Below, in pieces: positions 12,118 to 23,699 of a DNA stretch of 64,000 bases. The stretch spans positions 372,001-436,000 of the forward strand of contig CM061246.1 in assembly GCA_022605425.2 (NCBI GenBank), read 5' to 3'. The position numbers and the translations under genes are program-made. The notes below the pieces were generated by a model. That model saw only the letters and a list, made by a program, of their open reading frames with translations, was not told the origin of the DNA and ran no database searches. Position 1 is the first letter of the stretch. Every line of letters begins with the position of its first letter. The DNA is from Hamiltosporidium tvaerminnensis FI-OER-3-3 (lineage: Eukaryota > Fungi > Microsporidia).

Positions 12118-14164
12118 CTACATTAGATTTACACTCTTCATTGCCCTTATAAACCATTCTGGTGGTTGATTGTTATATCTGTTCTTAACATATTCTTTAA
12201 CAAAAATATTTAATCTGTTATTTTCTATACTAATACGTATTCTATCAATAAAATTTTCCATGTAAAATAAATTATGTAAAGTAAGTAAAATACAAAGATT
12301 TGTTGTATTTTTTAATGTTTTTAAATATTGTATGTTATAGTTAAGACAACAGTAACACTTACATGTAGGATCTATAGGGTAGATGGGGGAATAGGTAGGG
12401 GCAATAGAAGTAGGATTAGAGATAGAGGTATTGGTAATAGGACTAGAGATATTAGAAATATCAGTACCAACACACCTGTCACTTGTATTCCATTCCACTG
12501 TATTAACTTTAATACATCCTTTATCCGTCAGTGCAATTCCAAAACGTGCTGTTCGTGTTGGATAAACGCAATCCATCATGTCAATTCCTAGACAAATACA
12601 TACTAATACATCTTCAGGGTATCCAACACCCATAACGTATTTAGGAATATTTGGTCCTAAAATACTCACACATAAAGAAATTACATCACAGAAATGATTT
12701 TTATCTTCACCACCTGATAATCCACCGATAGCAACACCTCGGCACATATTAACTTTGGGGGTGTTAATTGTAGTAGTGGGTGTGTTATTACTAACACCCT
12801 GTTGTTTATTAGTAATGTCATTAAGACCCTGTTGTTCACTAGTATTGTTACTAAGACCCTGTTGTTCACTGGTACTGTTACTAATACCCTGTTGTTCATT
12901 AGTACTGTCATTAAAACCCTGTTGTTCCCTAGTATTGTTACTAAGACCCAGTTGTTCACTAGTACAGTTACTAATACCCTGTTGTTCATTAGTACTGTCA
13001 TTAACACCCTGTTGCATACTATCCTTGTAATTGTCACCTCTGTTGTTCATTAGTACTGTCATTAACACCCATTTTACAAAATTCCTCTTCGTTATAAAAT
13101 AAAAGTCGTTTTTTAATTTCAGTTGTACTGATAATTCTAAGATCTTTAAAAAGACCACCTTGTATTATAGGAAACAACAACTGATGTGTATTTTTATGTT
13201 CTAATATACATCTATCTAACCATCGTAATGATCTATACATTGCACATTCTATATCGTTATATGTACTAAGAGGATTTCTTACATCATCTAGTTGCATCAT
13301 AATGTCGCTGTTTAATTTGTTTTGTATTTGTATAGAAATTTCAGGTGTAAGAAGTGTAGAATATAAAGGGGTGTTGTTATTGGTGTTTGATATATTACTC
13401 TTAACACACTGTTGTACCTTTAAGTAGTCCTCACCGTTAATATCCTTACTCTCTTCAGTATCTTTACTATATTTATCACTCTCAGTGTTGTTCTTATCTT
13501 TTTTACTACCTTTGCCCTTAACATCCTTATTCACTTCGTTATCTTCGTTAAATTTTTCACTCTCAGTATTGTTCTTATCTTCTTTACTACCTTTGTCCCT
13601 AACATTCTTATTCAATTCTTTATCTTCGTTAAATTTTTCACTCTCAGTATTGTTCTTATCTTCTTTACTACCTTTGTCCCTAACATTCTTATTCAATTCT
13701 TTATCTTCGTTAAATTTTTCACTCTCAGTATTGTTCTTATCTTCTTTACTACCTTTGTCCCTAACATCCTTATTCACTTCTTTATCTTCGTTTAATTTTT
13801 CACTCTCAGTATTGTTCTTATCAGTCACCTTTCCTTTGTACTTTTCATGGAATGTAACGCCTTCTTCACTGATAATATTATCGTTTAATGATACAATTTG
13901 AAAACCACCAGAATCTGTTAAAATATTATGGTTGTATCGTGTAAATTGGTGTAAATTACGATTGAGATTTCTAAGGTGGTATGTATTGGATAATATGATG
14001 GTATTGTGTAGTTGTGAGTGTAATACTCCTTTCATACATCCGTATGTGGCTACTGGCATAAATTTTGGTAGATTAAGTGTGCCGTGTGATAGTTGGAGGG
14101 TAGATGTTCGTGCGTTGGAGGTTACACAATTTTTCTTTATTAAAAATTTGCCGATTTTTTTCAT
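12118..14164 (-). CDS. QTRT1: Queuine tRNA-ribosyltransferase catalytic subunit (TGT), split by a single extra base at 13039, with three low-complexity insertions
   Basis: ORF 13034-14164 has FMPVAT, SNTYHL, TDSGGFQ, MQLDD and IQGG. ORF 12118-13158 has AIGGLSGGE, YVMGVG, DMMDCVYPTRTAR and the Zn site CKCYCC...HNL. CCCCC directly precedes the ATG. Removing base 13039 fuses the two into a 681-aa ORF. Confidence 0.92.
12790..13072 (-). repeat. Coding 30-bp (10-aa, QQG[VILF][NS][ND]xT[NS]E) tandem repeat inside TGT, ~9 copies
   Basis: CCC(T/A)GTTG recurs every 30 bp from 12797 to 13007; the next unit is 31 bp because of the extra base. Confidence 0.95.
13478..13822 (-). repeat. Coding 81-bp (27-aa, KNNTESEKFNEDKELNKNVRDKGSKED) tandem repeat inside TGT, ~4.3 copies
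   Basis: CTCAGTATTGTTCTTATC occurs at 13562, 13643, 13724 and 13805 (period 81). Confidence 0.95.
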
Positions 14165-14249
14165 GGGGGATTTTTATTGGATCTATGTGTTTTATAAATT
14201 TGGTAGTTGGTAAAAATTTTATGAGATTTCAGTTTTTTATTTAATCAGA

Positions 14250-14600
14250 ACGTTAGAAAGGAGAAAAATATGTATTATAAATAATTAAATGAAGAGAAAT
14301 AAGAGAATTAGGAATTTTAAAAATATTGAAAAAGGAGAGAAATATAAATTTGTTTAAACGTTAGAAAGAAGAGAGATAAGAATTTTAAAGAATTAAATGA
14401 AGAAAAATAAGAGAATTAGGAATTTTAAAAATATTGAAAAAGGAGAGAAATATAAATTTGTTTAAACGTTAGAAAGAAGAAAAATATGAATTTTAAATAA
14501 TTAAATGAAGAAAAATAAGAGAATTCGTAATTTTAAAAATATTGAAAAAGGAGAGAAATATAAATTTGTTTAAATTTTAGAAAGAAGAGAGATAAGAATT
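14250..14600. repeat. Tandem repeat, 108-bp unit, ~3 copies
   Basis: AATTAAATGAAGA.AAATAAGAGAATT occurs at 14283, 14391 and 14499. Confidence 0.9.
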
Positions 14601-14793
14601 CCATAAGCGTAAGAAAGAAGAAAAAAGAAAAAAGAAGATAATAAATAATTTGTTTAAATATCAGAAAGGAGAAACTACGTTTATGATAAAATAATGAAAT
14701 CAGGGAATACATGAAAGAAAAAAATATTTAAAAGAAAAAACAATTTAATAAACAATAATCAAAAGTAAATTTTACATTCAAAATTTTCATATC

Positions 14794-15795
14794 TTAAAAA
14801 ATATCATCAAAATCCAAGTCGTTTTCTAAAATATCTTTATCCTGGCTTTTTCTTTTGTTTCTTTTTTGATGATTGGGAGTTGTTTCTTTAGAGGATTGGA
14901 AAATAGACATATCAAATAATGGAGATGGTGTTGAATTAATGGCTGGATTTTGAATAGTATTATTTCTATGTTCTTCTTCTGCTAAAATATGATTCAAAGG
15001 TGCTGACTTATGTGATTTATTATTATATTTTGTGGTTTCATTTTGTTTTAAAATCATATTTTTAATATCTGGGGATATAGCATTTTCGACAGGTGAATTG
15101 ATAGGATTCAGACCATAAGATGTGATATCTGAAGATATAGTGTTCTTGACAGGTTGATTGATAGTATTCAATTCGTATGATGAATCAACAAGATCTTCGC
15201 TTAAAAACTTATCAAGTTCGGAATGTGTTTTGTTTTCCGAGAAAGCCAATTGTGGATTTTCGTTTTTCATACCAAATCTAAATGCGCGAGTCAAAACTTC
15301 AATCAGCCCATTCATTGTTCTATCTTGTTTCTCCATTCTAGCCTTAAGATTCTCCACCTCCTTTGTCAACATATAATTACTATTATTTAAATATTCTACA
15401 TTATTTCTTAACGAATAACATTCTTGTCGGTAACTGTTCATAATATCAGCAGTAGATCCACTTTTCTCTTTAGAACGCCCAATCAAGTTTAATAATTCTT
15501 CTCTATTTCTCAAAAAGTTTTTATTAAAATACTCTTCACACTCATCAGTATATCCTCTCACTTTTGTAAACCCGTAATTGTTAAGTTGTCGAATAAATCC
15601 ACTATATTCTCGAGTCTTTGACACCAAACACAGTACATTTTTAATAAATTCTTCTTTCTTTGGTATTATAATACTATTTCCATTATCGTTCCAATATATT
15701 TCTTTAATTGTTGGTTCGTTAACTACTTTGTATAATCTTTTTATAAATTTTGGTATTTTATTTATTTTTAAATTTAAATCAAAAGATTTTTTCAT
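14794..15795 (-). CDS. HSF1: Heat shock transcription factor (HSF DNA-binding domain plus coiled coil)
   Basis: IPKFIKRLYKVV...IYWNDNGNSIII...YSGFIRQLNNYGFTKV, followed by a heptad region; GGG motif 4 nt upstream of the ATG. Confidence 0.9.
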   Translation of the reverse strand: MKKSFDLNLKINKIPKFIKRLYKVVNEPTIKEIYWNDNGNSIIIPKKEEFIKNVLCLVSKTREYSGFIRQLNNYGFTKVRGYTDECEEYFNKNFLRNREELLNLIGRSKEKSGSTADIMNSYRQECYSLRNNVEYLNNSNYMLTKEVENLKARMEKQDRTMNGLIEVLTRAFRFGMKNENPQLAFSENKTHSELDKFLSEDLVDSSYELNTINQPVKNTISSDITSYGLNPINSPVENAISPDIKNMILKQNETTKYNNKSHKSAPLNHILAEEEHRNNTIQNPAINSTPSPLFDMSIFQSSKETTPNHQKRNKRKSQDKDILENDLDFDDIF

Positions 15796-18108
15796 TATAC
15801 CCTTCTTATGGATGTGTTGCTTTATACAAAATAAAATTTATTTAATGATTACTTATTTTGGCTTTAATTTAAACGCTTAATTTATATCGTAAAAAAGGAG
15901 AAAATAAAAGTTAAATAGCAAAAAATAAAAATCCTTGCATTTTAATATTCTTAATGTTTAACTATTTCTTATATTGTTATATTCTTTATAATGTTATTGA
16001 AATGTTTTTGTATTGTAGTCTAGAGTTTAATTTTATCAGTTTGATTCAATATAGTTTATTCTTATCTTAATATAAATAGAAGTTTATCTGAAATTCATAT
16101 CACCCAATTTTGAATTGTTTAAGGCATATTAAGTTGCTTAAAATGATAATACATTTGATTTTTGAAGTAAATTTACGTCCAAAATTTTAATCTTTAAGTA
16201 AAATAAATTATAGTTCTATTAAAAAAAAATAGAAAATTTATAAACTATAGTGGTTTTTGTTTTATTTTTGGTAAATTTTGATATTAAAATCTATAAAAAA
16301 ATAATGAAATATGAATAATAAACAGACTTTGATTTTAAGTCATTTATGAAACTTAAATAAATAATTAATCTAGATTACTTGGAGAAATAAAAATGCGAAG
16401 ATATTTAGCAAATTAGGAATTATAAGTTACCATTTTTTTAATTTTAATTGAAAATGGAATTTATTTGTAAGTGTTTTTATATACATACTTCAAATATATT
16501 TATCTGGTTATTCATATAGTTTATCACGTTTTTTATAATTCCTACATAATTACAGCGTAAGATGAATTAATTTAATTAATAACAATAATATTGCCAATAA
16601 GTTCGCAAAATAAATTGCTAATTGTGTAAAAATAAATAGAAAAATAATATTGAGCTTAATTAAAGCAAAATTTCGAAAAAAATATTTGAATTACAGCCTG
16701 AAGATATTTCATGTTGTATATGACTTATATTCGTAGAATATGTTTGATAATATATTTAGATTGCAAAGAAATATCTTCCGCATCAATGTAAAGGAAAAAA
16801 AACGAAAATCATAAAAATATGTCTACAAAATCTTTAAAATTAGTTAAAAATTATGACAGAAAGGTATTCTGCAGACTATAAGAATATTATATATCAAAAC
16901 TCTTAAAAAAAGTTACAAGTTGAAGGAAAAAACCCGAATAGTAGAATATACGAATCTTTATTGTTTAAATATCTTGCAAAAAAATATAGGTTCTAAGAAT
17001 GACAAAATAGACCTTAAAATCGGATAAAATAAAGCTTTTTTATTTCTAGGAACTTTTTACCATCAAACTATAATCCATTTAAATTCTTAGTTTATAAATT
17101 TACAATTAATAAGATTAATCATTTGTATAAAATATTAAGTAATTTTAGTAGAAATTCGGAATACGATTCTCTAATAGTAAGTCTTAACAGAACTATGGAG
17201 AAGTGATATATTAATATATCACTGCTTCGCGGACATTCGCACGTAATAAGTATTATCTAGAAAAAAATAAGAATTATTATTCTGCTCAAGGAAAGAACGC
17301 CAGGATAAATATAGAGCAGCGCGCCATGGGTTTTCGGGAAAATGACCTTAAAACCGGCATTTTCCGAACCCGGAAGAGAAATCCTCGAATAATTCAACCG
17401 TTATAAACTAGAAATCAAGCGAAAATGTGTTGCAAAAAATCTATAAAAAAGACTAAAATCTTTAAAACCTTATGCTTATCTCGTATTTGCCTTCATTTTG
17501 ATTACCGGTCAGGTAGTTCAAAAGACTGAAGAAAATAAAACACTTCCGATACATTCAAGATGCACCCTTGAGATATCATTATCGATGTAAGCATTTATTT
17601 ACGTTTATTTTGATATGTAACGGCCAAACTGATCCCCGGCGGTCCGATTTGTAATCAATCTTTTGGTTACAAACCCCATACAAGGTATTGAATTCGTTTG
17701 TGCGTTATCCTTAAATTTTTTGAGCAAAAAGTATTCCAGATTCAAATTACATGTTATCATAGAGAGCCAGTATTCTGTATATTAGCGCCTATTTTTAATG
17801 CCTATATTCGGTCTAAAATTTATTTTTTTATATTTAATTTAATGTGTTGCATATTTAAATCGCTGGATAAAATAATTATATTCTTTAAACCAACTTATTT
17901 TCTTGCATTCGATTTTTTACAACTAATCATTAAAATGCTACCCTAATATAATGAAAGAATCAAAAGCCTCGTCTGTAATTTGTATATTTAGTTCCTTTAT
18001 TATATTTTTTAATCGAACGATACCCTTATATGATTGAAGAAAGATAAGACTCGCCTCCAATTTTTAAATTTTAATTTCTTATAATTTTTTAATATTAGAT
18101 ACCCTTAT

Positions 18109-18336
18109 ATGATTGAAGAAAGAAAAGCCTCAAATCTTGTTCTGGGATTGTTTGCACTGTGTTTATTTACATTGCCACTTATATCTTTATTTACCGCTAA
18201 TAAGATGTTTGATTCGAAGAGTATTTTATTGGGGCCTATTTTATGCTTATCTACTTTTTTCATAACTATTTTGTTAATGTGCTTGTATGTCTTTATATGT
18301 GAAAGTCCGAAGAAAAAATCACATAAAAAAGAATAA
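18109..18336 (+). CDS. Small 2-TM ER protein, VMA21-like V-ATPase assembly factor
   Basis: 75 aa with two hydrophobic helices, LPLISLF resembling Vma21 LPVLTFF, and a lysine-rich C-terminus (KKKSHKKE) resembling an ER-retrieval signal. CCC motif 4 nt upstream of the ATG. Confidence 0.55.
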   Translation: MIEERKASNLVLGLFALCLFTLPLISLFTANKMFDSKSILLGPILCLSTFFITILLMCLYVFICESPKKKSHKKE

Positions 18337-18699
18337 TATTTGATTTGATTATTATTTTATTAATTTTTCGTATATTTTAAACGTTAATAGTACCTTTTGT
18401 ATTGAATTATTATATTAATAGGGTTTTAAGAAAAATTAAAAAAATATATTTTTTTCTTCTTTCTTATGTTAAAAATTAGCTTCAAAATAATTATATCTGT
18501 AAATTTTGATAAATTATTTCAGCTTTATTTTTGCCTTATCACTCACTTTCTTTTTACTATATATGGCTTATTTATAATTTTAAATGGGTCGTAACTAAAA
18601 ATTGATTAATCAAAATTAAGGCATCGATTTTTTGCATCTTTACTGACTTAAAAGCTTATTTCAAAATGATGCATATTTCTTAGGCGAATTATAAGCAAA

Positions 18700-19400
18700 T
18701 ATGTTTCTTTATTTTTTTTTGGTGTTATATGATGCTTTTTATCAAATTTAACGACATTTGGTCTTGGCCTCAATCCTCCTCGGTAATCAAAAGTACTTTA
18801 ATTAATTTTTTGTGTAATTTCGAAAGAATATATGCCAATATTCTTATTGTATCGGGTATGAAGCTTCTCAAAAAGCATTTTAAAATTCGTTGTAACGATA
18901 TCCTTCCAAGTTATCACATGAAGGATACATTCACAATACTTGATAAATAAGACTCAACTTATTGATCTTCGAGTTTTACAAATTTATTTTTCAACAGTAA
19001 ACTGGCTTTTAAAGTAATCTTATCTGAATAGGGTAGATAAATTGTATATCTTTCTAAAATACTCATTACATTCCTCTTTTACCCTTCGGTGTCGAGGATG
19101 AATGAATGAAAGTTTACCATTTGCTTCTTTTAATCAGTTGTAAATCGGGATTATAGGAGATTGGCCTATGGTTTCAGTGTGGTTTATATCCCACAAAAAT
19201 AGCAACAATGATTTTCACCCAAATATACGCTCCATTATCAATCAGACAGTTTTTATTTTGGTTATTCTCTCTCCACAGAAATTATATCTTATACACAATA
19301 ATACTATGATTTATTATAAATTCCGATTTCAGTTTTTATTCCAGCTGATATAATTATTCTCTGGATACTTCTTTCAAAATTTCACGAACATGTGAATCCT
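18700..19400 (-). mobile_element. Heavily decayed non-LTR reverse transcriptase remnant
   Basis: Minus-strand fragments in RT order: NHRPISY (~NYRPIS, ~19160), FKNAFEK (~DFxKAFD, ~18870) and a GLR...MS-like motif (~18770). Many stops and frameshifts. Confidence 0.4.
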
Positions 19401-20243
19401 CAAATTTTATAGAATAATTGCAATTTTATTTATAAAAAGGAATTATAAGCTTCGAAGCACACGAATAACCATTTATAACTATTCTAAAAAATTTTTCTCA
19501 TCTAGTTTATAATTCTCTGAAAGATTTCATAATTTTTACAATAGATAAACTTGTTTTCCAGATTCTTGAATACATTTTTATAAATATGTAAGAAGATAAG
19601 GTCATATTCTAGAGTTTTTTTACCCTTATTTAGGTCGTTCAGAAGAATAAATTATGTATATAATCCAATGTTTCTACTTTTGTATAAATTTTACACTAAT
19701 TACGGTCTTCAATTTTATTGAATAAAGTAGAAATTCCGAGTTTTCTCGCTTGGCTTCGCTTATAACTATAATTAGTTTTTTAATGTTTCTATCATTTCTT
19801 CATCATGTATTTAATATCCTAAAATTATTAAAGCTTATTTAAGTCAGCTATGAGCTAATTTTGATAATTTATATGTTTTATGAATTAAAAATAATTGGAA
19901 ATACTTGCAATTGTTTAATTTTCTCTTATTTGTTCAATGGTAAAGATCGTTATAACTATGGGTATTAAAGTTTTTAAGTTTTTCGCGGGAATTTTGTTCC
20001 AGACTCTTGGGAAGCTGAATCCGTGACGATGACGTCTTTTTTCACAAATAAATATTTTTCTACTTTAAAAGTATAAATTCTATTTTAAACTTTTTAAATA
20101 CATTTTTAGAGATTACTGGAGGCCAAAAAAATATCTTTCGGTCAGTATTACACTCTCATTATCAATTTTAGATAAAATTAGGAAATATAAAAAATATTTA
20201 ACTAGGTATTTACAGAAATTGTTTAATATATTTTAATGTGAAA

Positions 20244-20657
20244 ATCTCATCTTAGAAGACTAGAAATACCCATGAATGTAGAGGCATACATTCAGTCTAT
20301 AGTACTTAATAAGACATTCGAAGCAATTTCCTTTGATCGACGAAGAAGATTTGAGTCAGGACTAAATGCCGAAGAGAGCTGGGAGAGAGCGTCAATGAGT
20401 GTTATTATGAGAGCAGAGATGCATGAGGAACCAACACCCCTTTAAAAGAAGAGATAGAGAGGAAGATGGTGCAAAGAATTTTAAACCGAAAAATAAAGCA
20501 CCCATTATTTCACAAGGAGGAACCACTTTAGAGAAGCCGACCAATAACATAAATAAAGAGTCGGATTTGGAAGAAGAGACAATAGTGGTTAAAGAGGTAG
20601 AAGAAAACATATAAAAACGGTAAAAAAATAACTTAACCCAGAATTTTATTAAAAAAA
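20244..20657 (+). mobile_element. 5'-truncated copy of the R4-like (RLE) non-LTR retrotransposon, 3' end only
   Basis: High identity to ~47660-48050. It ends in TTTTATT plus a short A tail and is flanked by a perfect 16-bp TSD, ATATTTTAATGTGAAA (20228-20243 and 20658-20673). Confidence 0.93.
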
Positions 20658-23236
20658 ATATTTTAATGTGAAACAATTTAGTAAAAATGTTACATTTTCT
20701 ATATAGAAGATCAATAATCTATTAGGAGCTTGAAATGTGTTTTGAAAGGGAGATGCCATGTTTTTTTCTGTAAAACCGTATCTAGGCAGGGGTTTTTCTT
20801 AGGAACCGTTCAAAAATATTTCCATTATAGTTTCCCATGCTGTAGTTTTATTCCCCATAAAGAATTGTGTAGGGATTCTTTGCTTCACCAGGAAATTCTA
20901 AACTGCAATGACAATTTATTTCTAAAATTTATCTTTTGATTATATTTTGAAATCTATAGTGGTTTTTAATACAAGCGAGATGCGATATACTGTGAGGCTT
21001 CTTTCCTTTACAGAGCTTTTTTTAAACTCATGCGAAACTTTATTCATCTTCAATTTATGTCTTAACTAATTCTACGAGATTTCTATCACTTCGAGAATCT
21101 AAATTTTTTTTAACATTTAAATATATTATCGCGCTTAATGTCTTAAAAGTCTTTATCTAGAGTATGAGCTAGTTTTATTGTGCTATTCTTTGTCTGGTTT
21201 TTGACTTTTTCCATAAGTTCTTCCCTATTTCAGCCTCCATGTCTTTGTAAACTACCTTTATGTTTTTAGGTCGACTTTATTGTATATTCTGCCTATACTC
21301 GTTCAGAAAAACGTTTTTCGTGAAGTCTAACATATAACGAATTGTTTTAAAGTGTTTTGCATATGGAGAGTCTCCTAGACTTGAATAACGCCTTTATATA
21401 CTTGTTGAAGCAGATAGAGATTGTATTTGAAGGTATAAAATTGCTTATACTACACATGTAAGATGGATTCTTGCACGAATCTCAGCATTGTCTATAAACA
21501 GAAATATTTTAAATTCTTGTTCGTTTTCTGTAAAATAACATTGCCGTGAAAAATAAAAAAAACTCGAAATAGTTCAAGATTCAGCTGCTGTGTGATATAA
21601 CTCCTATCTTGTGTACCAGATGAAATGTAGCAGGTTCTTATTTTTTCTTCTTAGAGGCATAAGATTTTGGCTGAGTAGATTGATAGCTTTTGTCATAAAT
21701 TTCAGGATTTTTGAAAAAATTAGACAGTCACGATCGTTAAACGCTTTATGGCTGGGAAAATTTGATTTATTTTTAAAATATATACTCTTTAAAAGATTAT
21801 TTTGTTAACTGCCATATTTCATTTATATTAAGCAGCTGCTTAGAGTGATAATTGCTCTCTAAATTTTTTTTGAAAGTTTTGAGACTTAATTCTCAACTTT
21901 AGGCTATTCAGCTTTTCCGAAAGAACAACACTCTTCGTAATTACTTATTTTTTTAATCATATTTTGTTTACCATTGAATATACTAATCTTGCAGGATAAT
22001 ATTTTGATTGAGGTTCATCGGCAGCGAAACGCTGAAATGCATCCTCACTTTCTACTAAAATTGCATCAAATTCTGGAATCTCTTTCTTGTACGCCGTAAT
22101 CTTAAAAACCAGAAGAAACTCATTTTTTTAATAAATTTCTTACATATTGTTCCATTGCCATCGGCTTTCTTATTAGAGAGTGACGGAATGTGTTCTATAG
22201 ACGCTTTTTTTCTTATTGCGGATAAGCTAATTGAAAAATTTTTAAGTCGAAACGGTGTTTAATTTTCACAAAAATTTAGTCGTTTTTATCATGTTCTGAG
22301 GTTTGGCTTTCTCGCGAATGGTGAACGTCTTTTTTTGCACTTATTTTTTTTGTCAAAAGGCAGAGAAAAAGCTCGCTAGAGCACATACCTGCAGTAAAGC
22401 TTACTAAAGTCGCAACTGGTTACAAAAGCAGAAATACATTCTTTAGTTTGCGATTTAGAACAAAGGCGCTAGTAGAAGAACTAAAATAGATAAAGCAATT
22501 TGTAGCAGTGAAAACAAAGCCCGTGCTTTAAAAAAAATCTTCTGCGTTAGAGCTAAGCCGCAAATTTAAAAGCGTGAAGTAAAGGTTTATTATGATTCAG
22601 ACTATTTTGGCGGCTTTTCTTCTATACAAATGAGAATCATTCTACGATGGAATAAACGGTTCACGATTTATTGTAGACTTTTACAGAATTATTTTTAAAG
22701 GTTGAATTATCTGCACAATTTGAGTATTCTATAAATAGTGGTCCATATGCAGTATATTATTCTCAGAACGCAGTTAAAATCGTTTCTCCCTTTACATAAG
22801 CGATTAGGCCGAATAAGTATTAAAGTGGAACTTGAAGAGGCGAATAAAGATGTTATAGGAAGATTTTAGATACTTGGCAGATTCATAAACTTGTTACGTT
22901 GATAAACCAAAGAGAAATAATATATTTAACAAGCAAAAATCAAAATAACTAGCCTTTTATTGAACTGAAAATAATGCACTTATGACACAATATGAAATAT
23001 ATATAAAGAATTGAAAATAAAAAACAGACAAATGAAATCGTGCTAAATAATATATAAAGTGTTAATATAAGAAACTAAACCAAGTTTACATTTTTTTGGT
23101 AATTAAAATTCTTTTTATAGAAATTTGGGAATTGGTCGGAACCATAACTTATAACTTTTACTTTAATAGTAATATGTGTTTCTAAATATGGAAATATCTC
23201 TTGTTTAAGTACTACTTAGCCGTCCTAATATATACA

Positions 23237-23656
23237 ATGGCTTCTTTTAATAAATATGAATCCGGAATTCGCTTTCAGCTTGGGAATATCGAACCCATCT
23301 TATCACAAAACAGAAATAGATATATAGATCCAGAAAATTATCTTAATAACGAACCAAGAATCTATAAGAACGTTCTCATAACCAGTATTCTATGCTTTTC
23401 TGAAATCATTATAGTTTTGATGCATTTTTTTACATTATTTTTTTACAAATTGTATTCAAAAACTATGCACATTATGCTCTACTTTAATCTGATTCTAAAG
23501 ATTCTTTTTATCATTTTTCTTGCTTTAGATTTTGCAAATAAACGCAGATATTTTTTCAAGGGAATATCTATATATAACCTGCTACTATTCGGTATAATCA
23601 TGTTTGATGCGGGTATTTTGATTGCTTTATGGTATTTAAATTACTATAAGACCTAA
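23237..23656 (+). CDS. Uncharacterised 3-TM protein, paralogue 1 of the 'FD[AM]GIL' family
   Basis: Three hydrophobic segments. The C-terminus SIYNLLLFGIIMFDAGILIALWY aligns with the two other ORFs. The ATG at 23237 was chosen over the TTG at 23201. Confidence 0.75.
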   Translation: MASFNKYESGIRFQLGNIEPILSQNRNRYIDPENYLNNEPRIYKNVLITSILCFSEIIIVLMHFFTLFFYKLYSKTMHIMLYFNLILKILFIIFLALDFANKRRYFFKGISIYNLLLFGIIMFDAGILIALWYLNYYKT

Positions 23657-23699
23657 TAAAATATTTTTTATTTAATTTAAATCTCGAGTAAAAATATTT

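Noticed and set aside
12328-13901. Overlapping ORFs rich in C/L/S/V/T/N (12328+, 12681-, 12755+, 12802+, 13485+)
   Set aside because: Antisense or alternate-frame shadows of the stop-free TGT coding repeats.
10323-14600. Tandem arrays as possible CRISPR arrays
   Set aside because: Units are contiguous with no unique spacers, there are no cas genes, and the context is eukaryotic.
20940-22900. Moderately GC-richer stretch with a LCK...HLAC knuckle-like fragment and a Merlin-like LG...VELEE fragment
   Set aside because: Probably ancient transposon debris, but too degenerate to assign by eye.
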